DNA from: Seison nebaliae
Lineage: Eukaryota
Assembly (NCBI GenBank): GCA_023231475.1
Contig: JALJEE010002442.1
Span: 1 to 44,635, forward strand
Length of the DNA stretch: 44,635 bases
Direction: 5' to 3'
Positions 11,501 to 24,195 of the stretch are shown here, piece by piece (position 1 is the first letter of the stretch; each line of letters starts with the position of its first letter). A program made the translations under genes and the position numbers. The notes beneath the pieces were generated by a model. It was given only the letters and a program-made list of their open reading frames with translations. It searched no databases and was not told where the DNA came from.

Positions 11501-14500
11501 ATTATAAATTAGAAGTAACATGAAATTGTTTGATGGTTTTTCTTCCCCTCAGAATTTCTTTCATATTCAACAAATGAATAAATTGTTGGAGCAAGAAGTT
11601 GAATTCCTTCGAAATGAAAATGAAACGGCCAAATGTAATGCGAATTCGAGACAAGATACCATCAACGTATTGAGAGAACATCTTGATAATAATAATAAGC
11701 AAGTTCGAATTTCAATTAGTCAATCAAAATTTCTTATCATTCATTTAACAATTTATCTATTAATCATTTAATGATTAAGTATTCGATAATCGAACGAGAA
11801 AATGAACAATTTCGTATCGATAAATCTGAATTAGAGACAACAATCCTTCAAGTTGAAACTTTCGTTTACTTAATGAACAATTCGAATTATTTTTCCAGTA
11901 TCAAGGAGATTTTGAAAAAATGAAATTGAATTTCCTCCACGACCACGGCAAATTAAAGGATGATAATGACAATTTGAGGAAGGTGTTAATCGAATGGAAA
12001 ACGAAGAATGAAATGCAACAACAAATTCATCAAGAAGATGAAAATAAATTTCAAGAATTGAAAGAATTTTATGATACTAAAGTTCCATCTCCATTTTCTC
12101 CATAAAAATTTTTAAAATTTTCAATCAACCAAGTTAAAGGAATGTGAACGAGCAATACAGGAGGAAGCTGGAATAAATGAAGAGAAATGTCGAGAATTAT
12201 GTGAACAGATACGAGAATTAGAATTTGATATTCGGAACAAAAGTGAAAATATGGAGAATTTAAGAAATGAAGTTGCCGATTCTTTGTGATGAAGATGTTG
12301 TAAAATTTCATTTCGTAGTTATTTGAACGAACAACCGAATATAATGTGTTGAAGAAGGACCATGACAGACAATGTACTAATTTGACAAAATCCGTGGAAG
12401 ATATGCGTGAAATGGATCGAATAACGAAATTGTCATATGAGAAAGATAGAAAAGAAATTGAGGAATTGAAATATGAAGTTAAATTTTCATTTACTTTCGC
12501 TTCACTGCTAAATCTAATGGTTGTTCACTCATTCAGTTACGACATTATACTGACACCTTGGACAGGAAGAATGAAGAATTTGATGATTTACTCCACCGCC
12601 ATAATGATTTGATAGAAATCGTAATTTTTTTTAATTTCGTAATTACTTAAGTTTTATAAATCATTTTGAAAGGAGAAGAAAGGGAAAGATGATTTGAAGA
12701 AATTAGAAGTTTTATATTGTCATCATTTCTCAAATTGTCTAATAAGATTTAGTCGGAATATTCATCATATCATTCGAAAATGCAAGAAACCAGTGATCGA
12801 TTACATGACAAAATTGGAGAGTTGAATAATGTGCATGGTGAAGACACACGTCGATTCGCTCAATTAGAAAGAGAGATGAACGAAAATGTTATTTCATTTG
12901 GAAAATAATGAGGAAAAGATTCATAAAAACATTTTGTCTTCTCTTTCGAATATTTTAGAAAGGAGAATTGAAGAGAATCATCGATGAACTGAAACAATCA
13001 CATGAAGAAAACGAGAATTTATTAAAAGTCGAATGTCTCGAATTAAATAAACAGGTTTAAACGAATTCTGTAATTGAATCTCTCATAAAATTCACTAGAA
13101 TGATTCATTACCCAAAATTTTAGTTTTTGGTACTAAAATTTATAGTTTTATTTTTTTCCCGTTTCTCTCATCAAGTGATTACATCACACGATATTATTGA
13201 ATTGAATTGTCATGTAAATGAATAAGAGAATTTCTATTCTTATTTTTTTTTTTTAAATTTTCTTTTTTTTTCCTATTCTCTTCTTTTTTCCGGAGTTAAT
13301 AACAGTTCTTTTCTTTGATAGTTAGAAGAAATGACGAACGAGAAAGACGAATGTAAACGGCAGTTAACGACATGTTCACAATCCGTTACCTTCCTCCAAG
13401 AAACGTTGGAATCGAATGTTAGAATTATAATTTCCTTTTTCGTGAAATTTTTTTCGTAGCAAATCGATTACGAAGAAAAGATTTCATTGAAATCGGAAGA
13501 ATTTAATGATTTAGAAAAGAAATATTGTTTGATGGAGGAAGAAGTTTATATTTATTTTCATAATGTTTAAATTGACGGAAATCTCATTGATGATTTTTAG
13601 CATGCGAATGAGATAATGAAAGCGAGGAAGGAATTGATCGATCTATTTCAAACATCGGATGATAATTTGAATGAATATCGACATCAATTGGAGAATAAAA
13701 CGAATCAATTCATCCAAGATCAGAATGAGAATAAAAAGAAAATGGAAGAATTGAAGAAGGAATATAAAAGTGAAATTGAGAAGTCGCATGGACAGAATGA
13801 GGATTTACGCAATTTAGTTGCACAATTACAATCGGAAAATTCTTCATTACAACGAGATGTTCAACAGAAGAAATCTCATTTAGAATTACTGCAATTCGAC
13901 TTAGAAACTCAGAAGGATAAGATGATGGAAGCTCAATCGGAAAAACGATTAATTTTACAGAATCGTGATGATATTGAATCGGAAAGGAATCGTCGAATTA
14001 GTCAACAGAATGAGGAGATGCAAGAACAAATTAGAAAGTTGTGTATCGATTTGGATCGTTCGAATGAAGCGATTAATGCTAAAGAGAAGGAGATGGGAAA
14101 AGAATTGAATCGAATGAACGAAACATTTCGACTGGAAAAAGAAGGATTATTGCGAGAGAGTAGTAATCATATCGATTTGTTGAAATATAATCATTCGACA
14201 CAAATGAAAGCGATATGTGATAAATGTGAACGATTGGAAAATGAAATGAAATTATTGCAAGAAAGAAATAAGAATTTGGAGATTGAGAAGAATTTGGAGA
14301 CCAAAGAGAAGGAACTTTATCATCAGAATTTGGCTGATCTGAAATATAATTTAACGAGAACTGAAGAAGAAGTGGATGAATTGAAGAAAATGATACATTC
14401 GAATGAGAAGGAGATGTTGTTACAAAAGAAAGATTTTGATGAGCATTTCATTCATCAAAACGAAGCAAATAATCTACTTCAAAATAATTATCGTAAAGAT

Positions 14501-16832
14501 AAACGAAAGTTTCTTTCGCGATCTAAATTGAAGAGAAAATAGTATATTAATTATTTTAATAAAAATTAGATATGAGGAAAACGAACATCAATTAAATGAA
14601 GAAATAGAACGACTGAGACGTCTCATCGACGATAAGAATGAAGAGAACGAATTGAAGAAATTGAATGAAGATAAACTGGAGAAATCATTGAATGAGGAAC
14701 GTAAGGAGAATAATGAATTGAAGAAGCAGATTAAATGTCTGAACGAACGCGTTAGTAGATGACCATCATTATCCATCAGATATTGATCAAATAATTGCTC
14801 ATACTAAATTGTTTATGTATTTTATCATTTCAATAATCTCTTACGATTTCTCTAGATTACTAACATCAACAATGAGAATGGAGAAACGATACGTGAAATA
14901 AACATTAAACATGACGATGAGGTTTGACAGTCTAGTTATGATCGATGAATTTCTTTCTTTATATTTAGAAAAATAAATTTTTCGATGATTTAAATCATCT
15001 GAGGCATGTGATGAAGGACAACGAAGATTATTCTATGAAATTATCGAAAGAAATCGAAGGAAAAAACAGACGATTGAATGATATGGAGTTGGAGAAGAAT
15101 CGATGTGAAATGGACAATCGATTATTAGAAGAGAAAATACAATCGATGAAATTAACCATAAAAAATTTGGAATCGGCAAATTCATTGAATCAGGATGAAA
15201 AGAAACAACTGATCAATAGTCAAATTGATACGAATAAACAAATGACAAAATTGACGGATGAATTGGCCCTTTTGCAAGAGGAAAAGAAAGATATTGAACG
15301 AAAGTTGTTCCAAATGGAAAATGAAACGGAAATGAAAATGCACAATTATCAATCAATGCAAAATCGTAATGACGAAAATATCAATCAATATGAAATCGAA
15401 CGGGAAAACTTGAATAAGATAATTAATAATCAATCATCTAATCTTTCACAATTGAAGGAAGAAATTGGATCACTCCGAACTCGATTGACTAATACTGAAA
15501 TTGAGTTGAATAGTTACGTCAATTCAAATCAATATTTACAGAAGAATGTGAATGATTTGAAAAAGAATAATCAAACAATGAATGAAAGGAATGGAGAGGA
15601 AATTCGACGTTTATTAGATGAAATAAAAACTCTCAAATTTACTTGTGAAAAGAAAGAAAAACAAGATTTGATGACTAAGAATAAGTTAGAAGAATATGAC
15701 TCGATTGTACTCGATATAAAAGAAGCGATGAAGAAGAAAGAGATTCTTCTAAAACAACAAATTTATAATATCAGAAAATTAAATCGAGATCGAGTAGATC
15801 TAGCTCAGAAAGTTCCTCTCAAAATTTCTTTCCAAATTTTAAATATTTTTATTTCAGAATCGTGAATTGGAACAAATCATCAATAATCTAAAAGATGAAG
15901 TAATAACATCTCAAAGTAAAATAAAAAGATTAAACGATGAAATCGCACTCCACAGAAAAGATGTTGAAACTTTATTTCACACATTACAAACTTCACATTA
16001 ACTTTATTTTAATACTCTCCTTAGAAATGTCAAGTAACTGAAAAATATAAGAAACTACAACAAATTACGAAAAGCGAACGAACAGTCAATGAAGCACAAG
16101 TTCGTGATATTGATTTATTGTCTTCAGAAATCACGGCATTAAAACAAACGTTAGACGAAGCAACTAGAGACGTTAGTTGAGATTTATAAGAAATCTAGGA
16201 TTTAATGATAATTGAAGATTAATGATAAGAATGTGTTGAATCAAAATTTAAAGAAATCCTTATTCAACACTCAACAACAAATAATGAAAAATAATCAATG
16301 TGGACAATTATCCGGTTTTTCTATCGATAAAGAAAATGGTAAGAAACGTTCAGACCATCATCATTTAAGTTGGAAAGTAGCGGAGAATATTTATAAGGAA
16401 TTGAATGCATCCATATCACATTTGATCAAGATTGTTCGAACGGACGGGTTATATTGTTCATAAAATTTATTCAAATTTTAATTTTTTCTTTTATATTTTT
16501 TCAGAAACGTTGGAGATTATCGGGCTAGATTACTTAATCAAATCATGTTTGTTAGGAGTCAAATTAAAGAATTTATGCATATTCTACGAGATGATGGTGT
16601 CAGTCCAAGAAAATCTTCATTAACTCAAGATATCGGTTCTCGTCATATGATAATGGTTAATGTTTTGGAGATAATGGAATTATTTTATTATTTTAACTTT
16701 TAGCAAACAAATAATGATCGGAATAAGGGTTTGATACCTCATTTTCGATATGAATCCATCATACCGGCCGTGGTAGCTCAAAACGGACCAAGGCAAAGAA
16801 GAAGACAAACGTCACAACCAGCACAAAAATAA
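8560..16832 (+). CDS. Large multi-exon coiled-coil protein (centrosomal/ciliary or golgin-like; family not identified); about 26 exons
   Basis: Long E/K/N/Q/L heptad-rich exons (e.g. 13616-14508, 15008-15811) join in frame through 25 inferred introns, mostly phase 0. TAA at 16830-16832. The link between the 8560-9719 part and the rest runs through a 67-nt exon at 10037-10103 and is less certain. Confidence 0.75.
10506..10519. promoter_or_regulatory. RFX X-box-like element inside the longest intron of the coiled-coil gene
   Basis: GTTGCCATGACGAC compared with the X-box consensus GTTGCCATGGCAAC; one half-site is perfect. Confidence 0.5.
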
Positions 16833-17417
16833 ACTAATCTTGGCATTTGTATATAATCTGTATTATAATCTCCGATATAATTTATGTTCAGTAGATCAGT
16901 ATTCAATTTATTATTATTCGTAAAAATTGTTAATGATTATAAATAATACGAATTTTTTTAAAATTCGTCCAGAAATATTTTTTCTTTTAATTTTTATTAT
17001 CAAATAAAAGTTTACGAAATTCCCTTTAATTTATGATATCTATAGACATAGATATATCTAAACATAAAGATATCTATTAGGATAGATACTTCTCTCACTT
17101 GATCCGTCTCTCAGTTCCTTCTTTTCTCTCATTGGGAACGGGAAACTTCGGTTGGAGAGGAAAAGCGATTATAAATATTTTTTCTTTCAATTTCCCAAAG
17201 TTTCATACCAGAAATTTTCGAATTTTAATTGAATGTCATCTTTGTCCAAGAAACTTAGCTATTATTGTTATCATTGAACCTCTTTCCGCCGGCAATCGAT
17301 ATTTCCATATCTGTTAAGATAAATGAATTTGTGAATCTCTTTAAATCATCAATTTTCGCTTCCTCAATTGTAACATCTTTCGATTCGTCAGTGTCGATGA
17401 ATTTCCATCATTCTTAT

Positions 17418-17640
17418 GTTGAGGTTACATTGAATGAGTTACGTGCTGCTTTGTCCAAGATAAATAATCTTTTTTCTTTCTCAATCGCCAATCATTCATT
17501 TCCAGCTCTTTATAGTTATGCAGATGATATGGTAATTTGTGCAAATAAATTTAGACAATGCTTATCCATCATCCGATTAGTAAATTTACGATTATTTGAG
17601 AGATGTATATTGTGCAACGAATCGAAATCAAAAATTCTCA
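17418..17640 (+). mobile_element. Non-LTR (LINE-like) reverse transcriptase relic, internally deleted
   Basis: EVTLNELRAALSKINN (pre-RT helix) is fused to LFSFSIAN...YADDMVI...LCNESKSKIL (RT domains 4-6; YADD at 17517-17528). Confidence 0.65.
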
Positions 17641-18685
17641 CCAACAGAGAAAGTTCTGACTTCTATCAAAAAAAATCGAAATTTGTCAGATTACTTTTGA
17701 ATAATATATATACTCCAAATTTAAACGACTTCATAAAACAGTATATTATTAGTAGTATCATCAATAATTCTTCAAAGGAGTTATGTTTTTTTCTGATTAA
17801 TTTGACCCGTGGAGATTCGCTTTATTATTTAAACTTTGAATTTTCATTAAGTACGATCGTACAACAGTTTTTTAATTATTATAATAATTACAAAAAAATT
17901 TTAAAGTTCTATTGATTTAGAGCTTTACTTCAACCAAAATAGTCCACTGAGAAGACTTAGATTGAGCCTTTCGAATTTTTCAAATTTTCTTTCCTAATAA
18001 ATATTCTTAAAAAGTTAATATTTTCCACATTTCCTGCATTACGATTCATAATTTACGAATTACATTTTGTTGAATGTTTTCCATGTTTTTTTAGAATTTG
18101 TAATTTAATTTATTTCATGGACCTTCGGAAAGTAAATTACAATTTTCCATTAGATTCTCAATTCACTGATGTCTTAACTTTGTATAATTGTTATTTGTTA
18201 TTGTTTGAAACATAGAAACGCTCCGATCGAAGGAGTTTAGAGGGAAAACGAGTTTAGATTTGACAATATGATATGAAAAAATAATCCTGATCAATAATCG
18301 ATAATATGCATTAGAATAATAAATTTGAAAGAAGTTATTTAAGAGATAATCAATCAATATTGAATGTTTGTACATAATTAAACATTAATTGGACATTGAA
18401 ATAGAATATAGAGCTAGTTTTTATGCAACTTTGCTCTTCTTAAAGTTAGAATCGATATGACATGTGATTTTTGATATAGGAATTTGAATTATCTTGATAA
18501 AGCTGAAATTATTGAATGACTACATGTTTGCAACTTTGAACAAACGGAAACTACTTTTCCTAAAGTTTGTTACGTAATGTCATGGACTGAACTATCTTAA
18601 ATAAGATTAATATCAAATTAAAATTCATAAGAAAAAATAAAATAGTCTTTCAAAAAGACTCCTATTGAAATGTTGCTTAGTCAAA

Positions 18686-19708
18686 ATGACCACGTTAAGT
18701 TAGCGGTTATCTTGTATATGATAAATTTCATATTAAAATGACTAAATCTTTATAAAGATTTCTGGACAGGAAGAAAAAACCGCAGGCAGCCGGAAAGGTT
18801 AAAATTGTCGTGTTTGTTATATTTATTATAACAAGTATTGCTGGAGGAATTGGAGGAACCAGTTAATATTAGTTAAGATCTTGTGAACATTATAATTTTG
18901 AGCAGGTGGTGGAGGATCAAGTTCCAACGAAAATAACAATGATGTTGCTATTGTTGCTATTGTTGCCAATGTTTAGTTTTTTTTCTCGTTTTAATTTATT
19001 TTCGTCGTTCGTTAGCCACCTGATAGTGATACATCCTATTACACTGGTACACCTTACAACCTAGGGAGCAAATCGACCTCATCATCACACCTGGAATCCT
19101 TGGCCACAGCTACTATTCCACCATCAAGCACAAGCACGACTTCTCAATGGGATAATGAATTGGAGGAAACGACTACGGGAAAAGAGTCAAAATCTACTTC
19201 AGAAAAGCCCCAAGGAACTACCATGGGATTGAAAACGGAAACTACCACGAAATTTGTGTGGAGTACTACAAGTGAGCTCCGGTTGGAAACTACTACAGAT
19301 CCAAGAATTGAAACTATTACAGATTCAATAATACAAACTACTACAGATCCAATAATACAAACTACCACAGATATAACTTTCATTACCGAAGAAGTAACTG
19401 AAACAAGTCAAGTGTGGGGATCTAGTACAGATTCAGCGTTGGAAACGACCAGCTTCGAGGTTCAGGAATCTACTGAAGATCAAGCATGGGGATTTAGTAC
19501 AGATTCACAACTGGAGACAACCCCAGTGGAAGATCAGGAATCTAGTAATCAAAGGTGGGAATCTAGTACAGACTTGGGATTGGAAACAACAACTGATATC
19601 TATTTGGAATTTGCAACAATGAGTACATTTAAATGGTGGGAAACTACCAATGACGAAGATTGGGAATTTAACACAGATCAACAATGGGAATTTAGTACAG
19701 ATTCATAA
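18686..19708 (+). CDS. Thr/Ser/Glu-rich mucin-like repetitive protein; 5' end uncertain
   Basis: Four short GTT...AG introns link small exons (FWTGRKNRRQPE, IAGGIGGT, GGGSSS) in frame to a long last exon at 19016-19708. That exon has ETTTDPxI octamers and W-x-x-S/T-T-D-x-x-LETT repeats. No signal peptide is seen, so upstream exons may be missing. Confidence 0.6.
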
Positions 19709-20479
19709 TGGTAAATTATTGCTGTGTGAAATTCTTACAAAAATAAATTTGATAAACCTATAGTCATACATGTATTTTATTAGTTTAATGTTGGTTTATA
19801 ATTAATAAATATTATTTTGATATTTGGTCAGCTGTGTGGAATTGCTGTCATTTATCCCAGGAGGGCCAAGAGAACTTAAAATTAATTTATCGAGAATAAA
19901 TCCTAATATATTGAGAATAAATTTTGATATATCGAAATTTTGATATAACCAAATTTATTCAAAATAAAACGGGATATACTCATAAAGATTTCTAAATTAT
20001 TTTATATTAATTTCGATTCATCTATGATATTGGAGGGTTTAATGAAACCTAATTTATTCAAATTAAAACTAGATATTTGAATGATAATATCTGATGATAA
20101 TTTGTTTATTAAACTTGATTTTAGAAATCAATGAAAAATTGCCAGTTAATGCGGTAAAAAAATTTTGGTAAAAAGTTTTTCGTAAATATTATAACTGTAA
20201 TAACCGTAATAATAACCCAGTAAATCGATTAATATATAATCCTAATATTGGGTTAATGTTTTCGATATGTTTATGGGGTTGAAGTTAAAGGTTAAGAATT
20301 TTTTGTCATGTAAGTGAACTTAAAAAGTTATGAAGCAAATTTTATCGGTTATGGACATTTAGCACCGTCATCGAATAACGCGAGGATCTCATTCCTAGTC
20401 TCTTAAATCGGCTCTTAATAATAACGAAGCAGGAAGTTCCTGCTTTAGAACTGTCCGTGATTCGTAATATTAACGGAAA

Positions 20480-20637
20480 CGTTCCTCTGCTTTTCTCTCT
20501 GTAAGCTAATTGTAGGGAGCAAGCATAGAGAATCGATGAGTATCTGTTTAAGATGATCTTACGATTATTTTTGTCACTCCATTCGATATACAAATAGGAC
20601 GAAAGGATTCGACACAATTGTAATCTTTCTTATCAGG
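20480..20637 (-). mobile_element. Non-LTR reverse transcriptase relic (RT domains 2 and 2a), frameshifted
   Basis: The minus strand reads PDKKDYNCVESFRPICISNGVTKII, then after a frameshift IILNRYSSILYACSLQLAYREK. This matches the LINE signatures 'K..d....yRPIsl.n...Ki' and 'l..Rl......Q.gFr'. Confidence 0.7.
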
Positions 20638-20989
20638 AACTTAGAGATGTAGGGATTGAACCACATCATCGAGGTTGTTCCAGTGCCATTACTGATCCAA
20701 ATACTTTGTAATTGATCCGAATTCTAATTCTTCGGTCATCACAGTTTCAGAACGAATATCTTGATTAGTTTTTTAGCGAATTCGATTTTTAAAAAGGTTT
20801 TTCTTCTACTTTCTATTTTAAATTCATTTCTTTTACTATTAATGCCTAATAATGTACATACAAGAAAATAATGGTGGATGTACTTCACACGTGCTAGGAA
20901 ACACCTATCGACCATTGGTCGATAAGATGAGAAATACGAAGAGTTCGATTTTATTTTTAAATTATAATAATAATAAACTAATAAACGGT

Positions 20990-21160
20990 AAAATTGGTGA
21001 GAAAACCGATGTCCACCACGTTAATCGAAAAAAATGAAGTTGATATAATTTATTTCAGGTAATAAATTATCGTCCATCTTCCTCAGTCCTGAGTCTTCTT
21101 TCTGTGGTGTGTCCAAATTTTCTATTAATTCTGAAATTCAGAATTATTATGTATTATTGG
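20990..21160 (+). repeat. Dispersed repeat, copy 2 (similar to 48-232)
   Basis: The same two colinear blocks as copy 1, with a shorter spacer. Confidence 0.7.
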
Positions 21161-21764
21161 AGAGACTACATTGAATTGGAAGTCCAACGCATTAACCAAT
21201 CGACCATCGTAACGGTACACTGTGATTTCGTCAACCTTTACTTAAAATTTTTAACTTAAATCTTAATTTCGGTGATTTAATGATAAACTGTGGAATAACG
21301 TGCTATCAACTCGGAGAGATTACTCGAACTATTTTTCATCGCGATTGAGCCGGTAATCTTGCCAGTATTCTAGAGCTCTCTTTTGACTCTACAAAGACTC
21401 TCGAGATTAAACAAAGTTCCTGAGACAATTAATGGCTCGGACGTTTAGATGACAGATCGGAGAAAAATTAGAGATAGGAGAACGTGAACACAATCGAGTG
21501 ACACCCTATGATTTTGAGTATACGTATTCAATTTCAAACTGTGTTGAGATTGAGCACTATTTTGCGTATTCCTTTAATTTTCCCCAGTTATGATAATCAG
21601 TCATACTCTATAATCACTCTATAAAATAGAAAATAAAAGTTTATGGAATCTTCTTCGACACTTGATACCTAATTAAACCATCTGACTCTAACGACTTCAT
21701 TAAATCGCTATGAGTTAAACAATTTCGGAAACTTCAGAAAACATTTTTTTAATTCTGAAAAAAA

Positions 21765-22270
21765 ATGTTGAAATTTCAATATTTCTTCATATTTCTCCTC
21801 TCAACTTATTTCATTTCGTCCGTCTCTACTCGTCATGTTATTTCTTCGTTTTATCTAAATATACTCAACTGTTCATTTAGTTTCACCGTCATGATTCGCG
21901 ATTATTAAATACAAATGGTATTTTGGATGATTTAGATGAAGAAAAAGAGGAATATGATTCAGAAGAAGAATATGATGCTGAAGAAGTTGAATTGAAGGAA
22001 GAAAAAGATGAACAAGAAAAGGAAGAAGAGAAAGAAGATGATGAAGATAATCCAAATGAGATTATTATTATTGAAAACGATAAGAATTACGATGATGGAT
22101 ATGGTAATTATGGACGAAATCGAAATTCAGATAATTATCCGATGATGTGGTCCCAACAACCAAATCATAATTCTTATGTTATTCTGGTTCTTTTCTTATT
22201 ATTCAATTAAAATTGATTAATATTAATTACAAATTGATTATAGATGCGGCGACATTCAACTTTTCGATAA
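21765..22270 (+). CDS. Small secreted, highly acidic protein (about 131 aa); 3 exons
   Basis: ATG at 21765 starts the signal peptide MLKFQYFFIFLLSTYFISSVST. Introns 21837-21880 and 22178-22243 (GTT...TAG, phase 0). A D/E-rich core is followed by a Y/G/N-rich tail ending MRRHSTFR*. Confidence 0.7.
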
Positions 22271-22986
22271 ATGGTAATTCAAAGTTGAGAAATTATAATA
22301 TGAGTATTTAATTAAGATTATCAATTGTTCGAAAGAAGTAAATATATTATATTTAAGAAGGTATAATTTATTCATTCTCGAAATTAAATGATTGATAAGA
22401 AAAGGAGACATAGAAGGCTGTTCTGGTTTTAATGATAGAAAAGAATGAAAAAATAATTCAATTTCTATTTGCATGTGTTCGAGGGATTATTTATAAATAT
22501 ATCGGAGGCAGATAATCGAATTATTAATGAAGTTTTCAATTGTGAATGAGATCTTCCTTTTGTGAATTAACAAATTATTGTTATTATTGTCGAATGTCAT
22601 TGTTTTGAAAGAAAAGAATCGACCTACTAAAACAGGATAATTTAATTCGACATATCTTTAAGAGAAATATAGTTGAATGATTCGAAATTAATTTGAATTT
22701 ATTGATTATTATGATAAATGTGCTCGTCATCACCAAATGAGTAATGATGATTCATTCCATAAATAATTTTCAATTAGTTTCATTCATTTAATTGAAATGC
22801 GTGTTCATGCAAGTAGGAAATGAAATGGTCCAATATATATGATTACTATTTATACATGTGATATATGGAAATATCTACGAATGTATAGAAATATCAAACG
22901 TGAAAATTTATTGAGATTACTAGAAAGACAAAAGAGAAAATTATTTCATTATTCAATTAATTAATTGGTGAAGGAAAAGAAAAGTC

Positions 22987-24195
22987 TCATACTTTATAGG
23001 CGGATGGTATTCGCTTGAATAAATCATAATTTCCAATGGAATGTGACGTATGAACTCCAACATTATCACCGGGACTATTGATTAAATAACTTTGTATTCG
23101 ACTTAATCTGTCGATCCGCCGATTATCATTTTCATCATTGACGGTTTTCGATAAATACGATTTCCTTATATCGCTATTGGTATTTTTCTTGGCAGTCGAA
23201 TGGAAAGTGTTGGTAGACGACGGTAAATCATATTTCTTCTTAAACGAATAAGATCGATCGATATGTGCAGTATTCTGATTGTTAATATGATTAGTTGTAT
23301 TATTATTTATATGGTAGTGATCACGACGAACGGTAGGAGACGAATAATAAGAAGAATTAGTACGATGTGCAAATGAATGTCCCAAATGATTATTTGTTCT
23401 CGAACTCACTAAATATCGATTATCCTTCAACTCATTTGCACTGGCACTATTTGAAATTGAGTTATATGTCGATGGATGATTGTATGAGCGATAAGTTGGA
23501 GGCATATTTCTATTAGACGATGACATAGTTGATAATGAGGTGTTCGTCGTCGACGACATATTGACCGATGATGATGTTGACGATGGATTGAACGACGATA
23601 AGTGAGAGGGCCGATAAGCACTAGAATTCCGGTGTAATCTTCCGTTATGTGTGGTATGACTTCGAGAAAAGGCTGAACGAGAATTCTGTCGAATTTCATT
23701 TGAATAGATATCTGGTATCATACCTAGCGAGGAAGGAATCATTCGAACTGATGTAACACCATAAATCTTTCTCTCATAATCGATCAATTGTCTCCAGAAA
23801 CCACAATTTGGTCGAATGAATTGACGACGAGATTTTACATGATCATGTGCCTGTTTTAATCTCATGGCACAATATCTGATGAGGTAGGCTATGCATATGG
23901 TTGCTGATCGTGAAACACCAGCCACACAATGCACTAAAGTGCGACCACCTTTCAATTCATGTTCGTGGATCTTCTCGAGTAACTTGTCGAAATATGTCGC
24001 TAAATTTGCTTGAGCACTGTCGTCGATGGATATCTTTATACTTTCCACTCCATAAACTTCCTGCTTGGGAATTTCATGACTAATGTTCATCAAACATGTT
24101 ATTCCATGAAGTTTCAAGTTGTCTCTATGTGCGGCCGCACCCGATGACAGGTATAATGAATCCGTAATTTTCGCTACTTGAGTGAAGAAGGACAT
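22987..24195 (-). CDS. Atypical dual-specificity protein phosphatase (DUSP14/18/21-like) with a long S/N/R-rich tail
   Basis: ITDSLYLS, catalytic loop VHCVAGVSRSATICIAYL, and IRPNCGFWRQLIDYE. No rhodanese domain. The CDS is intronless. Confidence 0.93.
   Translation of the reverse strand: MSFFTQVAKITDSLYLSSGAAAHRDNLKLHGITCLMNISHEIPKQEVYGVESIKISIDDSAQANLATYFDKLLEKIHEHELKGGRTLVHCVAGVSRSATICIAYLIRYCAMRLKQAHDHVKSRRQFIRPNCGFWRQLIDYERKIYGVTSVRMIPSSLGMIPDIYSNEIRQNSRSAFSRSHTTHNGRLHRNSSAYRPSHLSSFNPSSTSSSVNMSSTTNTSLSTMSSSNRNMPPTYRSYNHPSTYNSISNSASANELKDNRYLVSSRTNNHLGHSFAHRTNSSYYSSPTVRRDHYHINNNTTNHINNQNTAHIDRSYSFKKKYDLPSSTNTFHSTAKKNTNSDIRKSYLSKTVNDENDNRRIDRLSRIQSYLINSPGDNVGVHTSHSIGNYDLFKRIPSAYKV

Noticed and set aside
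19880..20260. Short duplications (AATTTATTCAAA.TAAAAC x2, GAGAATAAA x2) and an AACCCA...TGGGTT hairpin
   Set aside because: Possibly a non-autonomous element remnant, but too AT-rich and short to distinguish from chance.
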